A DNA stretch of 64,000 nucleotides from Octopus sinensis (GCF_006345805.1 NC_043003.1:72230001-72294000), one strand, 5' to 3'. Positions 13,866-27,559 are shown, numbered from the stretch's first letter. The notes: a model not told the origin generated them from the sequence alone. Made by a program: numbers and translations.

Positions 13866-14071
13866 ACTCAAAACTTTTACGTTGCGTCTCAGTCTGCTAG
13901 AAATAGCAGTCAAATCTTCCTTAAAGCACCCTTTGTTCTCTCGCTTGATGCAGACCCAAGTAGAGACCATACTCAAAACTTTTACGTTGCGTCTCAGTTT
14001 ACTAGAAATAGCAGTCAAATCTTCCTTAAAGCACCCTTTGTTCCCTCGATTGATGCAGACCCAAGTAGAGA
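13866..14071. repeat. 105-bp tandem duplication
   Basis: 13866-13966 and 13971-14071 are near identical (ACTCAAAACTTTTACGTTGCG...CCCAAGTAGAGA). Confidence 0.95.
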
Positions 14072-14287
14072 TCACAAATATTATGTTCTTTTTTATTCTA
14101 GACGCTATAGTGTAGTTTAAGGAAGATTTGGCTGCTATTTCTAACAGATTAAGAGGCCACGTAAATGTTTCGTGTTTGCTAATCTTTACGACAATAGAAA
14201 CCAGCACAGACAAAATGTCAACCATCTTGTCATGCGATTGGTTGAAATTAACTTTAAATGCTTGCAATCTCTGTATTATTACTTTCA

Positions 14288-14472
14288 AATTTTGGCACAA
14301 GTCCAGCAATTTCAGGGGAGTGAGTAAGTCGATTACATCTGGTACTTCTTTTATCGACTGCAAAAAAATAAAAGGCAAACTCGACCTTGACGGAATTTTA
14401 ACTCAGAACGTTTTAAGACGGACGAAATGCGACTAAGCTCTTAGCCCAGCGTGCTAACGATTCTGCCAGCTC
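14288..14472 (-). mobile_element. SINE S2, degenerate
   Basis: Reverse complement of the S2 head and core. Confidence 0.75.
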
Positions 14473-14969
14473 ATGTGTATTAAATCAGAAATGCATTTTT
14501 TTGAAAACAATCCGGTGAAAATTTCAAAAAACTTCAAGTTGTTGGAAGAAATTTTACAAGATCCAGAGTCTCGCCTTTTTCCTAAATAGTATACTATATA
14601 AATTGAGGAAAGCTTGGTCGTTTCGGCACATGGAGACTGTTACAGATTGTATTATTGGTGCGCTAGTAGTTGTTGTTGACATTGTTACTGGTTTTGATTT
14701 TGTGTCGTTGTAGTCAAAGCGCCATCTCTGACTGAACGTTCTACTTTACTGAGTTAGGTCCAAAGTGACATGGGTGGAAAGGGTGGAAGGGGTTGCATGT
14801 ACTCTTAGAGTTGGTGGGTGACGGTGGAGTAGGGTAGATGACGGTGGAATTTGGCAGGGGGGAGTACAGCTTTCAGCAAAGTTAGGGTATACAGTATATT
14901 ACTGCTCACTATATAAAGCATCCTCCCTTTACTTCCACGGTCTCCTTTCACCCCTATACCTAAATACAC

Positions 14970-15139
14970 CACCACCGCCACCACCACCACCACCACCACC
15001 CATAACACTCCGTCACCAATATTATCACTAACACCCCCAACACCAATACCACTGCTTACTCTAACACAAACACGATCAACGTCAACGCCACCAGCTTACA
15101 CCGACAACATTTTCACTACCATCAATATCATCATCATCG

Positions 15140-15184
<45 letters not shown>

Positions 15185-15321
15185 CCGCGACAATGAACCA
15201 CAATCACTATAACTACCACTACTAAACCACGATCACAACCATCACCATCACTTCTGTCAATATCACTATGAAGAATATTACTACCGTCATTGCTATGACC
15301 ACCAACACTACCACTCCCGTA

Positions 15322-15365
<44 letters not shown>

Positions 15366-15459
15366 CACTACCACCACCACCACTACTACTACCACCACCA
15401 CTACCACCACTACTACTAGTACTATCACCACCACCACCACCACTACTACTAGTACTATC

Positions 15460-15490
<31 letters not shown>

Positions 15491-15569
15491 TCACCACCAC
15501 CACCACTACTACTACTAGTACTATCACCACCACCACCACTACTACTACTAGTACTATCACCACCACCAG

Positions 15570-15610
<41 letters not shown>

Positions 15611-15612
15611 TA
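14970..15612. repeat. compound (ACC)/(ATC)/(ACT)n trinucleotide tract
   Basis: Read directly; source of the poly-T and poly-V ORFs. Confidence 0.9.
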
Positions 15613-15834
15613 TTTCCGACACTCTTTTCGGTAGCCGTTCGCACCGAAGAACCTCTAAATTACCCGCCTACATTATAGTTAATTAGTAGACAGGATCTTT
15701 CTCTCACCCACACACTTCTACGATGTAACGCATACACATAAATATGACTGACGCATACGCACACACACACACACACGCAAAGTATGCATTTTCATAAATA
15801 CACCCACTCACACATATAGCGTAGGTTAACAATA

Positions 15835-16377
15835 CAGTAATCACTCGCCATATCGCGGTTCACTTATCGCGCCCTCAGTACATCGCGGATTTTTCTGGCT
15901 AATATATGTAAATTTATATCGCGGATCCCCCCAGTATATCGCAGATTTCAGCGGCCGATAGGTATTTATATTTTTTTTTAGATTTCTATTATTTGTGTGG
16001 TAAAATAAGCATTTTCGCGACTAAAAACTAATAAATTGATAAATAAATATACAGTACAGTACTGCTCAGTATAACACTTAATATATCAAAAGAAAATACG
16101 TAGTGTACCTTAAGCAAAGAATCGCACATACTGTATGGAAAACGAAACTCTGCAGGCGAACGTGTAGTCTTGTTTTGCAGTTATAATAAAATAAATATAG
16201 GAGTGGCTGTGTGGTAAGTAGCTTGCAGGAGTGGCTGTGTGGTAAGTAGCTTGCTAACCAACCACATGGTTCCGGGTTCAGTCCCACTGCGTGGCATCTT
16301 GGGCAAGTGTCTTCTGCTATAGCCCTGGGCCGACCAATGCCTTGTGAGTGGATTTGGTAGACGGAAACTGAAATATA

Positions 16378-16476
<99 letters not shown>

Positions 16477-16814
16477 TGTTTGTGTGTCTGTGTTTGTCCC
16501 CCTAGCATTGCTTGACAACCGATGCTGGTGTATTTACGTCTCCGTCACTTAGCGGTTCGGCAAAAGAGACCGATAGAATAAGTACTGGGCTTACAAAGAA
16601 TAAGTTCTGGGCTTGATTTGCTCGACTAGAGGCGGTGCTCCAGCATGGCCGCAGTCAAATGACTGAAACAAGTAAAAGAAAAAAGATAAGAAGAATATAC
16701 AAATTATAATATTAATAATAAATATGCAGTACAGTGCTGTTTCTACTTCGCGGATTTTCACCTATCGCGGGAGGTTTTTGGAACGTAACCCCCGCGATAG
16801 TGGAGGGATTACTG
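15835..16814. mobile_element. Tigger/pogo-like non-autonomous DNA transposon with nested SINE
   Basis: TIRs CAGTAATCACTCGCCATATCGCGG and rc CAGTAATCCCTCCACTATCGCGGG; TA on both sides (15833-15834, 16815-16816). Confidence 0.8.
16199..16690 (+). mobile_element. SINE S1 with a duplicated 28-bp head
   Basis: AGGAGTGGCTGTGTGGTAAGTAGCTTGC twice (16199-16226, 16227-16254), B box GGTTCAGTCCC, internal (TA)(TG), S1 tail. Confidence 0.9.
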
Positions 16815-16993
16815 TACAACTCAATCACAATAATTATACACACACCCGTGCACAAATGCCTACACACGCGCACACATGCACGTGCGCGCACGCACACATA
16901 TACACAAAATATTAATTATTCTACGTTTTGTCAGCGCTTCTTTTGTTATGCAAAAAAATATTTTGGCTATACTTCTCTACAATGCACAAAATA

Positions 16994-17215
16994 TACTCTT
17001 TTACTCTTTTACTTGTTTCAGTCATTTAACTGTGGCCATGCTGGAGCACCGCTTTTAGTCGAGCAAATCGACTCCAGGACTTATTGTTTGTAAGTCTAGT
17101 ACTTATTCTATCGGTCTCTCTTGCCGAACCGCTAAGTTACGGGGACGTAAGCACACCAGCATCGGTTGTCAAGCGATGTTGGGGGGACAAACACAGACAC
17201 ACAAACATATACACC

Positions 17216-17248
<33 letters not shown>

Positions 17249-17432
17249 CACACACACACACATATATATATATATATACATATATACGACGGGCTTCTTT
17301 CAGTTTCCGTCTACAAAATCCACTCACAAGGCTTTGGTCGGTCCGGGGCTATAGTAGAAGACACTTGCCCAAGGTGCCACGCAGTGGGACTGAACCCGGA
17401 ACCATGTGGCTCATAAGCAAGCTACCTACCAC
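16994..17432 (-). mobile_element. SINE S1
   Basis: Reverse complement of S1. Confidence 0.9.
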
Positions 17433-17560
17433 AAATTTTTTTAATACAATTCCTAATAATATTTGATTATAAAAATATAATGGGAGTTTTTTAAACATCG
17501 AATGTTTATTAGGGTCCAGTGGAGTAAAATTGGAAGCAAAGGGATTCATAACTAAAAAGT

Positions 17561-17575
17561 GGTTGAGAACCACTG
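17561..17575 (-). mobile_element. isolated hAT/Charlie-like TIR
   Basis: rc CAGTGGTTCTCAACC; no partner end recognised. Confidence 0.35.
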
Positions 17576-18659
17576 ACTTACACGATATATTACTATGATT
17601 CTCGCCGTCAATTGAAGATGTATAAACTTTCTCAAATGAAACTTGAAGAAGAGTTGGAAACTAATTAGATTTGTCCGGCTTTTTCTGTATATGGAGAGAT
17701 AAAATAAACGCTGTATTTTTCCCAACGTGATTAAATTTTATGTAGGTTTTTGTTTGACCCTAGGTCATCCTTGATGCAGTAGTCCACACCAATACTAATC
17801 AGGTCGATGATGTAGTTTACATTCAAAGTAAGTCAAAGCCTGTAGTGTAAAATATTCTTGAGGGAACAGAGGTCAGTGCAAGCACTGAGTTCTCAGGCGC
17901 AGCAGTACGATTGACGACAGTAGGTCTGACTGTAGTGTCGAGGTGTTGTTATTTAGCCACAGGTCAAGTGTGATCGAGAAGACCTCTGATCAAAAGCATT
18001 CCATCTGTAGCCATCACTTCTTAAAGTTATTTATGTACGACTACACTCCCTAGTGCATCCTTTTATTTTTCTTGAGATGGTAGAGTGTGATTAAGGGAAG
18101 ATTTTACGGCTATTTCGAGCATATCGAGTAACTGCCTAGAGACATGTTGTTACTGTTGATGTTGTTGTTGTTGTCGTGTGTGTGTGTATGTGTATGTGTG
18201 CGCGCACGCGCGTGTGTGCATGTGCATCAAGTGGACCTAGGTGGAGGTGCTGAAATATGAGAAAACATGTGGAGGAGAGATTAATGTGTTCGTGACTGAG
18301 TTTTTGTCAGTTGGTTAGAGGGTCGCGTTCACATGTAGTCTCCCCCATGTGGGGGAGCACTACTGAATCGGAGCAACAACACTCTATGTAGGAACAGTAC
18401 TTTATTGTACGAACAGTAGTCAATAGTAGCATCAGTTCGCTATTATAGGGGTAGTAATCTGCTGTTGGAACACTCTGTTGTGGGCCTTACTCGATCATTA
18501 CACAGAGTCTATAATTGACCAGAGCTGAAGCATTTTTGTGAAACAGAAGAGGAAAGCGGAGTTTGTGACTCAGCTTTTGCCAGATGGAATCGCCAGAAGA
18601 GATCATCTGTAAGACCTAACATTTTCACCTATTTTCAGGATTTTACTTATTGTCAAGAA

Positions 18660-19400
18660 GTAGAGAAGTGGGACACAAGGGGGTTTTCCTTGATATAAAC
18701 AGGGGCTGTGAAATTGTGATGTGGAAAGATGTCAAATCTTCATTAAAGTGTTCACGAGGTTCTATTCATAGAGACAGTGTAAGGTGCTTGCGAAGTATCT
18801 AGGTGGTCTGCGTGACGAAGGTTACTAAAGGGCGAGAGTAATGTTGTCTGTATAGAGAGGAGCATTGTTAAAAGTGATAGCAAGCAAATTATTGTGTAGG
18901 AAGAGTGTGGAGTACATAATATAATCTTAAGGAACATTAAAGTTGATGCAGTAGGGGTTAGGAAGAGTCCTGTTAGTATACACAACTAATCGATAGTTAA
19001 TGTTAGAATATACAGCAATTATGAGGACTGATACCAAGCTACTAATCCAATATATAAAAGATGGAGGGAGCTCATAAGCAGACAGCTTAGCTAGCAGATT
19101 TACGGTTAGATGTGATCAAAAAAGTTGTTGATGTCATGTACGGAGGCGTTGCTTCGGGGAATTTGTTAGTGGAGAGAAAACATTGGTAATATAGGGGGTC
19201 TCTGGTAGATCTGGCTCTACGTACGGAAGACGTACCAGGGAATGAGTGAGTGCGGGAAAAGGAGAATAAAAGTCTTGAAGATTATTGTTTACGATTATTT
19301 CCATTATCTCCATCATATTTGAACGTGATGTGTCAGTATGATAGGCATGTTCAAATGTTTGCCTTCTTAAGAAAAGGATACATTGCTGCATGTTTGGACT
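18660..19400 (-). mobile_element. highly degenerate LINE RT remnant, possibly L1-like
   Basis: Weak motifs only, e.g. YQG.P.CPLLYFLTI resembling 'QG.PLSPLL'. Many stops. Confidence 0.35.
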
Positions 19401-20737
19401 GACTGACAAACCAAAAAAGAGATTGAAGAGGCATATTTCGAGGCAGATTACATTGTTGGATTGATGGGATGGGAACTAAGGTGTTTCCAAACTCGTGTAT
19501 GTATAACTGGGATACATGCACACTTGGCATGTACATGTTCTGTTGAGTAATGTATGTTTGCCTGGTGGTCAGACTAGTAGAAAGCATTATTTTTAGAGAG
19601 GATTTGTTGAATGTGTGTCAGATGGTGTTGGATGGAAATCAGAAGTACAGCTTACGGGATCATCATGGTTGAACAGTGATTGGAAGGGGATTCGACAAGG
19701 TTTAGTGGATCTCGTGGCCAAGAACAAGGAAGACGAGACGGGAAGAGAGTGGGAGATCGAAGGGAGATTAAGAAGGAGAAGAAATTATAGGCAATGTTAT
19801 GCACGAAAGCAGATTTTGCTTTTTTTATGGATTCTTGTAGGATTTGGAGTCGTTTTGACCGATTATGCTTGAGGTTTTTACAGTCTCATAGTTTTACAGT
19901 CTCATAGACTATTTTTCGCCTGTACTACTGCAGCATGACTCTCTTAGAGCATTTGAGGTTATGAGATTTTTCCGTTTATGTAATGTGAAAGAAAATGCTT
20001 AAAAGTTGCTCTTTTTAGACATCTCGACTCAAAGGACTGAAGTAGATTTATTTCAGAGATAGTTAATTTAAAACTAGCTGAGTTTTACATTCACTATCGA
20101 CTTGTTAACTCCAAGTGTCTTAGGAATGCTTTGGGGTGTGAGTGGAATCGTACAGAATATTGATGGGTTTTTGGGTACATGATTAGTTAGATAAGAACAG
20201 TTACAATGAAGGTTTAGTGTATAAGGAGAACCCGAGTATCGATTGGAATACGAATAGTTAATAATATTAACTGTTGCAGAGAGATTTGGCTTCAGTGCCA
20301 GCAGCATCCGAGCTATCAAAGTGCGAGATTCCAGAGGAGCAGTGGCAGTTGAAGGCACTGAATATGACTTCAGAGAGGAGTGGTGTGGTGTGGATGACTT
20401 CAGAACGGTAGTGGTGGTGGTGTGAGGTAGATGTTTTCAGAGAGGAGTGATGTGATGTCGATGTTTTTAAAGAAATGTAGTGAGAGATAAAAGTCGTCAA
20501 AAAGAAGTTATCAGTGGATGAGAGCTATTCGTAACGATACTCAGGGTCTCAAAACTATACCCATCTTCCAAATCATGTCTATTGTTTCTGCTGTTTAATA
20601 ACGCTACCTAATTCCCATCACTATTCCGTATCCACCACATCACACCATAAAGCTCTTCTAAGAAAACTTTGCTCGTAAGCACTCGGCCAGCTTTAGTTTA
20701 ACTATCTCTGAAGAAAGTCGAGTAACAAAAGTAATAA

Positions 20738-20950
20738 TGGTTTCAAATTTTCGCACAAGGCCAGCAAGTTCGGAGGGAGGAGGTAACTCGATTGCATCGA
20801 CCCCTGTGTTCAACTGCTACTTATTTTATCGACCCCGAAAGGATGAAAGACAAAGTCGACCTTAGCAGAATTTGAACTCAGAATGTAATGACGAACGAAA
20901 GTCTGCTAAGCATTTTCCCCGGCGTCCAAACAATTCGGCCAGCTCGCCAA
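20738..20950 (-). mobile_element. SINE S2
   Basis: Reverse complement of the S2 core. Confidence 0.8.
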
Positions 20951-21119
20951 TAATAACAATTCACACAACGTGCTGGTTGAATGAGTCTTTATTGTTGTTA
21001 TATAGCCTTAGGTCAACCCTGATCAAACTAGCTTATACATCAGGCAAAGTTTTCAGCCAATCGACTCAGTCTGACTCACAGATCTCTGACAGTTATACCA
21101 TAATTCCACTTAGTTGAAG

Positions 21120-21480
21120 ATCACACTGTACACTCCAACAGCAACAGTGAAATATGTGGAGTACAGTATGTCTGTATATGGTATGCATCGTCTCCAGTCC
21201 AGTGTTTGTTTCTTACGGCCATGGATTCTGGTAGTGGCAGAAGTGAGCAAAGTGGTCTGAAAACGTAACGTTTGGTGTTCTCTGAACTTAATAGCATATT
21301 GAGATTAATGTGGCTATTGATGTTGCAACTATTTCAATGTGATTTTTTTGTCTACTTGATTTGGGTAGGAACGCTGTGTGTTGTAGTAATCTTTTCCGAT
21401 AATGTGCGTGAACATTAGACGTGAATGGAAATTTCACAACCATACTGGTAGACCTTCAGTTTCATGTATGTCTCTGCCAA
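21120..21480 (-). mobile_element. RTE-clade LINE 3' fragment, degenerate
   Basis: KLKVY..YGCE...PESMAVRNKHWTG resembles RTE 'KLKVY..LLYGCETW...QLRWAGH'. Confidence 0.45.
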
Positions 21481-21649
21481 TAACAACAATGTAATTAAAT
21501 GGTCTTCGTCCTTCTATTTTAGTACGGACGTCCCCAAAATATAACATATACCTCGTAGTTAGCAGAATAGTAATAGCCAGCAAAATCTACCCTGCGTTGA
21601 ACAATAATAGAGATTGTTAAAATGTGTTCATAAATTACCTCTCGTACTT

Positions 21650-22410
21650 GTACTTACGCCACGAGAAGCCACGTGCGTAGTCCTTTACGATGAATGCATT
21701 CTACACATGCACTGAAAAAGCAAGTCGTCTTGATTTTGAAACATTTGATTCAGTTGTTTTGAAAATTGTTTCAGGGACTCCAGGCTAATCCCTTGCGTGA
21801 AAGGAATTCTTCTTTACTGTCAGCAACATGGGACACAAAGCACTTAAGACACTGAACTCCTTGAATTGTGAGCAATCATTGGATCAGATTGTCAGATGGC
21901 TTCTTTTTCGTGTTTTGTCAAGAATTCAATTTGCTTTGCATTAAGAAACAGACAAACTTTGGTTGCAGTATTTTCAAGAGATGTTAACAAGTCTCGTGCA
22001 TCACATTATTAGTTAACTGTTAGAGGAACGAGATCATCAAAATATTCAAGATCAAAGATATACACAATCTGCTGATATCTTGATCACTTTTACTTAATGG
22101 TGTGGCTTTTCACTTTGATGGAATTAAAACTTTCACTAAGGAAGTAATGCACTACAATCACAAGGAGAAAGGGAATTAGGGTGTCTCTCAAAAGAACTAC
22201 TGCTTTTGTTGGAATCTCTTTCGTTGCACCATTTGTACTTTGCAGAAAACTTAGTGGTTTATGAAAATGATGGGAATGACTTTGAGAATCTCATCTGAAG
22301 TAAAAAAAATTTTACACGTGAATTGATGGCAACGATCCGTGGTTCAGTTGATGTCCCTTTGCAGAAGCTATCATATTTTGGCACCCTCTTAGGATGGGAT
22401 TAATGCTGGG
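21650..22410 (-). mobile_element. RTE-clade LINE RT fragment
   Basis: INPILRGCQN..; VLLRDTLIPFLLVIVVHY (QGDTLAPFLF-like); DLEYFDDL..LLTSLENTATKVCLFLNAKQIEF; RKGLAWS..FSACVECI..GLRTW. Confidence 0.75.
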
Positions 22411-22769
22411 TAAATTTTTTTTAAAGGAATATAGAGATGTAGCTTTTTAGGTTGTAATTTATCTTTAGTTCAGTAACTTGTGAATATTGCGTTTTTGTTT
22501 TTTTGGAATAATTGAAAATTAGAGAAGACAGTTTATCATCGAAGGATTAGAAAAAGTAAACGTTTTGCCTAAATAGCTTTGACCAATTCATTTTTTTTTT
22601 CTATTTTAACTCCCCCTCTCTAAAAACATTTTCTAGAACTTTAATTTTTCTGGATTCTCTCCGCTTCTTTCACTCCACTCGTCTTTCATTCTCTCTTTCC
22701 CCCTTTCCTCATCTTTCTTGCTCTCCATCGCTCCATTGATATGTATGCTGATGTGTCTGGCTGCGTATC

Positions 22770-23170
22770 TCTCTTTTTACTCTTTTACTTGTTTCAGTCA
22801 TTTGACTGCGGCCATGCTGGAGCACCGCCTTTAGTCGAGCAAATCGACCCCATGACTTATTCTTTGTAAGCCTAGTACTTATTCTATCGGTCTATTTTGC
22901 TGAACCGCTAAGTTACGGGGAAATAAACACACCAGCATCGGTTGTCAAGTGATGTTGGGGGGGGGGGACAAACACACACACACACATATATATATATACA
23001 TATATACGACAGGTTTCTTTCAGTTTCCGTCTACCAAATCCACTCACAAGGCTTTGGTCGGCCCGAGGCTATAGTAGAAGACACTTATCCAAAGTGCCAC
23101 GCAGTGGGACTGAACCCGGAACCATGTGGTTGCTAAGCAAGCTACTTACCACACAGCCACTCCTGCGCCT
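22770..23170 (-). mobile_element. SINE S1, full length
   Basis: Reverse complement of S1 including the AGGCGCAGGAGTGGCTGTGTGG head. Confidence 0.9.
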
Positions 23171-23516
23171 GTATGTATACGTATGTATGTATACGTGCCA
23201 CAGGTAACCAGAATGTGACAGAAGTGACTCCCATATTTCAGTATACTGAGAAAGAAAATATATCTTTTCAACTTCAAACTTCTTTGTGCATGCTCTGAAT
23301 AGAGAAGAAAATTTTGGGGCAATAACAAAGGTTCTTCATAAAAATTTCTAGTCCATGATAGATATAGACAAGCCATGTTTACTTTTTTCGAAACTAGAGG
23401 TTGTACTTCTATCTAGGTATTTTGATATACTTCTAAATCAATAATAATTGTACCACTTTATTCCAGTATTTTGGTTTACTAGCATACATACATACATACA
23501 TACATACATACATACA

Positions 23517-23548
<32 letters not shown>

Positions 23549-23654
23549 CACATACACACACGCACACGAAAACACACACGAAAACATACACGAAAACACA
23601 CACGAAAACACACACACACATATATTTGTCTCAGCATGCAATGATAATGGTAGC

Positions 23655-23700
23655 TTGCTACTGATGATGCACAAATACGCAGAAATCCCGGATCTAGCAA
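23655..23700 (+). ncRNA. type I hammerhead ribozyme motif
   Basis: TTGCTA CTGATGA TGC acaaatac GCA GAAA TCCCGGA TC TAGCAA: 6-bp stem I, intact core, AUC site after 23694. Confidence 0.8.
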
Positions 23701-23851
23701 TTCCACCCCGCTGCTGAATGCTTTTCATCTGCTACTGTGACATCTGTGCCTTTTAGCCCCACATGTCTGCACGAGATGGTTTCTGAAGATGAATACCGCG
23801 GTGTTGTGGTTTTCTTATAGTATATATATGTTAAGTAAGATACATTAATTG

Positions 23852-23905
<54 letters not shown>

Positions 23906-23912
23906 GTATGTA

Positions 23913-24146
23913 CGAGGGGATGCTGGAAAGTTCTTGTCTTTGGCTAGCAGAAAATACAGAAAGACCAGTTAATTTTATTTTATTCACCATATTCCCTTCT
24001 CAGGTTCACACACTTATTGCTACGGTCCTTCAGCTTTTGTAAACCCAGTAAAAAGAAACTCTAAGTGGCTCTAAGGATATCGTGAAAGGCGCCAACCAGG
24101 CTTTTCGCGACACACTTAGAGCCAGGAACTTTTCAGCACCCCTTCC
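23913..24146. mobile_element. mariner-type MITE
   Basis: TIRs CGAGGGGATGCTGGAAAGTTCTTGTCT and rc GGAAGGGGTGCTGAAAAGTTCCTGGCT; TA on both sides. Confidence 0.75.
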
Positions 24147-24449
24147 TATGTATACAGATAGATGAATAAGTAAATATATGTATGCATGTAAAGCATATAA
24201 AGCATATATGTATGTATGTCCATATTCTCCTCGCCAAGGTAGTGTAGTACAATTGTTTCATGCTACTTGGTGAAGTAGTATGAAACAATTGTTCTGCACT
24301 ACCTTGGATATCCCTGTTGCTTATTTTGATTATATATATATATAAAGTTAATCCAAACAAGAAAACACAAAAAAAAAAAACACAACAACGCGAGGACGTG
24401 GAACAAATATAGTATTATCGGACGCTCAGTAAAGAAGGGAAGAAGGAGG

Positions 24450-24484
24450 GTTTAACGTTTCGAGCGGAGCTCTTCGTCGGAAAC
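24450..24484 (-). ncRNA. minimal PLE-type hammerhead motif (U4C variant) in a pLTR-like segment (about 24330-24660)
   Basis: GTTT CCGACGA A GAGC tcc GCTC GAAA CG TT AAAC. Confidence 0.65.
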
Positions 24485-25249
24485 AAAGGAGAAGGAAAGA
24501 TCCAGAGAAGGGAAGACAGGAAAAAAAATCGCCAACGGTACACACGAGGTCACATTTTGAAAGACCGGAAGGAGAAAGGGTGAAGAAAGATGTTTTCAAA
24601 GACAGAAGAGTTTTCAAAGACAGAAGAGTAGTATGGTCAAAGACAGCGGAATGTAGGAGGGGGAATGAGTGTGTAAGTGTGGATGTGTGCGTGCGCTGAG
24701 CCTGCGTGTGCGTGTGTGTATGTGTGCAATGATGACACGTGTGTGTGTGTGTGTGTGCGCGTGTGTATGTGTATGTGTATGTGGTTGTAATTGTAAACAA
24801 CAGGTTAGTAGCTGGCTAGTTTGTAAGAATAAGGAGTGGTGTTTTTGTCTGCCACAGGTCAGTCATTGAAGTATGTGTGTGTGTGCGTGTATGTATATGT
24901 GTCATGTGTGTGTTTTGTTTGTAGTGTGTGTGTGTAAGTGTGTGTTCGTGTGTGTATGCGTAGAGTTTGGGTGTGTGGCGAATAACTGTGCTTTACTTAG
25001 TGTATGTGTGCGTGTGTGCGCTTACGTGCGTGTATGTGTGTGTGGCTGTGCCCATGTGTGTATGAATGTGTGCGTATCTGTATGAATATTGTTTTTGGAG
25101 GTATATGTGAGCATCTGTGCTGGTGTGTGTGATTGTTGTACGTGTTTATGTGTGTGTGCGTGTGTGTGAACGTGCGAGTGAATGTATGTATACATGTGCG
25201 TGTGTGTACAAACGTAGAGGTTTATATGTGTGTATATAAATGTATGGTA

Positions 25250-25320
<71 letters not shown>

Positions 25321-25415
25321 ATAATAAAGGGTGAAATTAATTAATTTAGAAATAATCATCAATTTCACCAGTAGAGTTCGGCATGTAAAAGACCCATTCA
25401 AGGAAGGTTTAAGTA

Positions 25416-25833
<418 letters not shown>

Positions 25834-26134
25834 TATATATATGCATATATGTATATATATGTATGTATATATAATATATATATATATAGATATAGATAGA
25901 TAGAAAGATAGATAGACTATTATCATTAACATATATAAGTGTATACATACATAACCATATACATCTGTATGTGTGTAAATATATATATATATATATACTG
26001 TATATATATATATATATATATATATACATACAAACATATATTCATGCATACACACACACGTATATATACATATATATCAGCATACATACATACATACATA
26101 CATACATACATACATACATACATGTATATTCTTC

Positions 26135-26330
26135 AATTCTTTTACTTGTCATTTGCTGAAACACCGCCTTGAAAAGTTGTAGTCAAACAGATCGACCGTA
26201 GGACCTTTTTTTATGTTTAATACTTATTCTATCATCCTTTTGCCGAACTGCTAAGTTACGGGGACTTAAACACACCAACAGCGGTTGTCAAGCGGTGATG
26301 GTGACAAACACAGACACAAACACACACGCA
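26135..26330 (-). mobile_element. SINE S1 3' part
   Basis: Reverse complement of the S1 tail. Confidence 0.7.
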
Positions 26331-26338
26331 CATATATA

Positions 26339-26500
26339 CAGTACATCACAGAAGTATGTACACCCCTAAAAGATTATTTGCTATATTCAATATGTAGTGT
26401 GACTTACCTTGCTTTCAATGACTGCATTAACTCTTCTGGGCATAGAGTCAACTAAATTTCCCTATATAACCGATGAAATTGACCTCCATTCATCCTGAAT
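26339..26500 (+). mobile_element. Tc1-like element left end
   Basis: TA|CAGTACATCACAGAAGTATGTACACCCCT; the other end was not found. Confidence 0.5.
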
Positions 26501-27520
26501 GATGTCTTTCAATAAACCGTGTTACATTGCGTTTTTTTTTTACCTCAACCTTCCTTTTCAAGACACCCCACAGATATTCTATTGGGTTTCGGCAAATTCA
26601 CACAATCTGACTTTTTCCCCTTATATCTTTCGGGAAGATGGGTATCTTTTAATGAAAATTTATACAAATCCCTTTCCACCGGCACAGATTACGATTATAA
26701 TGAAATTCGTGAGGGGAAATTTTTTCGGGGATTTTCCCCTTTTTTTCAAACCACAGCCTTCGAAATTATGGGGTTGTGGGGGCACCTTTGTATGAAAAAT
26801 GTTTCGAAAACTTTTTTACACCTCCTCTCTCATCATCCCACTACGGACCTAATTTAGCCAATTATTTTTGCACTTCACAACCATGGGTAGAGCACTTTCG
26901 GTAAAAAATTCTTTTTAGAAATTGTTAACATTTTCAGAGCGAAAAGTGAGTGATTTAAAGGCGATTTGGCTGTTGTTTCTAGCACATCCAAAGACAACCC
27001 TCTTTATCACGTTTCTTTATCACGCTCGCATGTATTGATGTTTTTCAATATTTTCTCCCCATAAATACATGTATATGGTATAAAAAAAGGAAATTTGAGA
27101 AATTATTAATTTTTTGCAACCCCCCTGCCTACCCCCGATTGTTTCTGATTAGAAATTAAAATAATGGAGATCCTCAGAATGTCATTGCTGGGATTTATTC
27201 ACAGTGATTTTAAAAAGGTTACGAAGATGTACTTGCATAGCAAGGGACTTGATTTCAGATCGTGTACTGAAATAAAAACAATTTCAGCGTAGAAGATGCT
27301 TCTAAGCCATCCAAGAACACACAACAATCATCACTTTCACTTCAACATTAAAATTTCATTTGCACCAAAATATTTTCTTTGCTTTGAAGCGTTACTTTGA
27401 CAAAACTTCACAAAAGTGATGCAGCCCGAAGGTTTGTCAGTGAACAGCGCGCGCGCACACACACAGACACACATAATATATATATATATACTATTATTAT
27501 TACACACATACACACACACG

Positions 27521-27559
<39 letters not shown>

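Noticed and set aside
15222-15678. Poly-Thr mucin-like or poly-Val ORFs
   Set aside because: Trinucleotide tract lacking stops by composition; no signal peptide, splice context or flanking domain.
20010-20735. Partial inverted similarity between about 20010-20080 and 20685-20735 with a CTGAAGA
   Set aside because: Arms are short and gapped and there is no complete HHR; could be two copies of a dispersed repeat.
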